From NCBI GenBank assembly GCA_013115125.1, contig JABANN010000112.1, positions 1-64,000 of the forward strand: 64,000 nt of DNA, given 5' to 3'. Each line of letters opens with the position of its first letter. Position 1 is the stretch's first letter. Position numbers and translations under genes: made by a program. The notes under the pieces are model-generated. The model saw only the letters and a program-made list of their open reading frames with translations. It made no database searches and had not been told where the DNA came from. Source of the stretch: Perkinsus olseni (lineage: Eukaryota). This document shows, one piece after another, positions 63,872-64,000 of this stretch.

Positions 63872-64000
63872 TTGCAGGGGCACGAAAACGTACCAATAAC
63901 AATCAAGCTACTGACAACTGCGCAGATGAAATATATTGCGAGTTTCGATTCCGATCAGGGCGAAGCAGCGCGATAGACAGTGTTCTCTGCGGCCCTCTAT

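Overview
Gene-dense (~50% GC) eukaryotic DNA with many short GT-AG introns. The gene set (PfCRT-like transporter, tandem intronless VP1-type H+-PPases, eIF4E, CDC50) and the architecture fit an alveolate, most likely Perkinsus; this is an inference, and no database search was run. About 22 protein genes could be rebuilt by hand-splicing: eIF4E, CDC50, Sec61-gamma, a CCCH protein, a TAF6-like protein, a secreted GNAT, a coiled-coil protein, an RCC1-repeat protein, aprataxin, CRT-like, two tandem EF-hand/NAD kinase fusions, a C-terminally aberrant histone H4, a small secreted protein, an RluA-type pseudouridine synthase, FYVE-like/PH, a protein kinase, a DHHC palmitoyltransferase, mitochondrial bL12, two V-H+-PPases and a U-box protein. 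There is also a Tc1/mariner-type MITE, a Gypsy remnant and several tRNA pseudogenes. The most striking unexplained signal is in the introns. Several short spliceosomal introns consist almost wholly of a tRNA 3' half (variable loop, T-arm/B-box and 3' acceptor strand), in either orientation. Others carry a recurrent palindrome AATCGATC-N4-GATCGATT or a TTTCGTGGCGC motif. Exon boundaries were read by eye and some gene ends are approximate.
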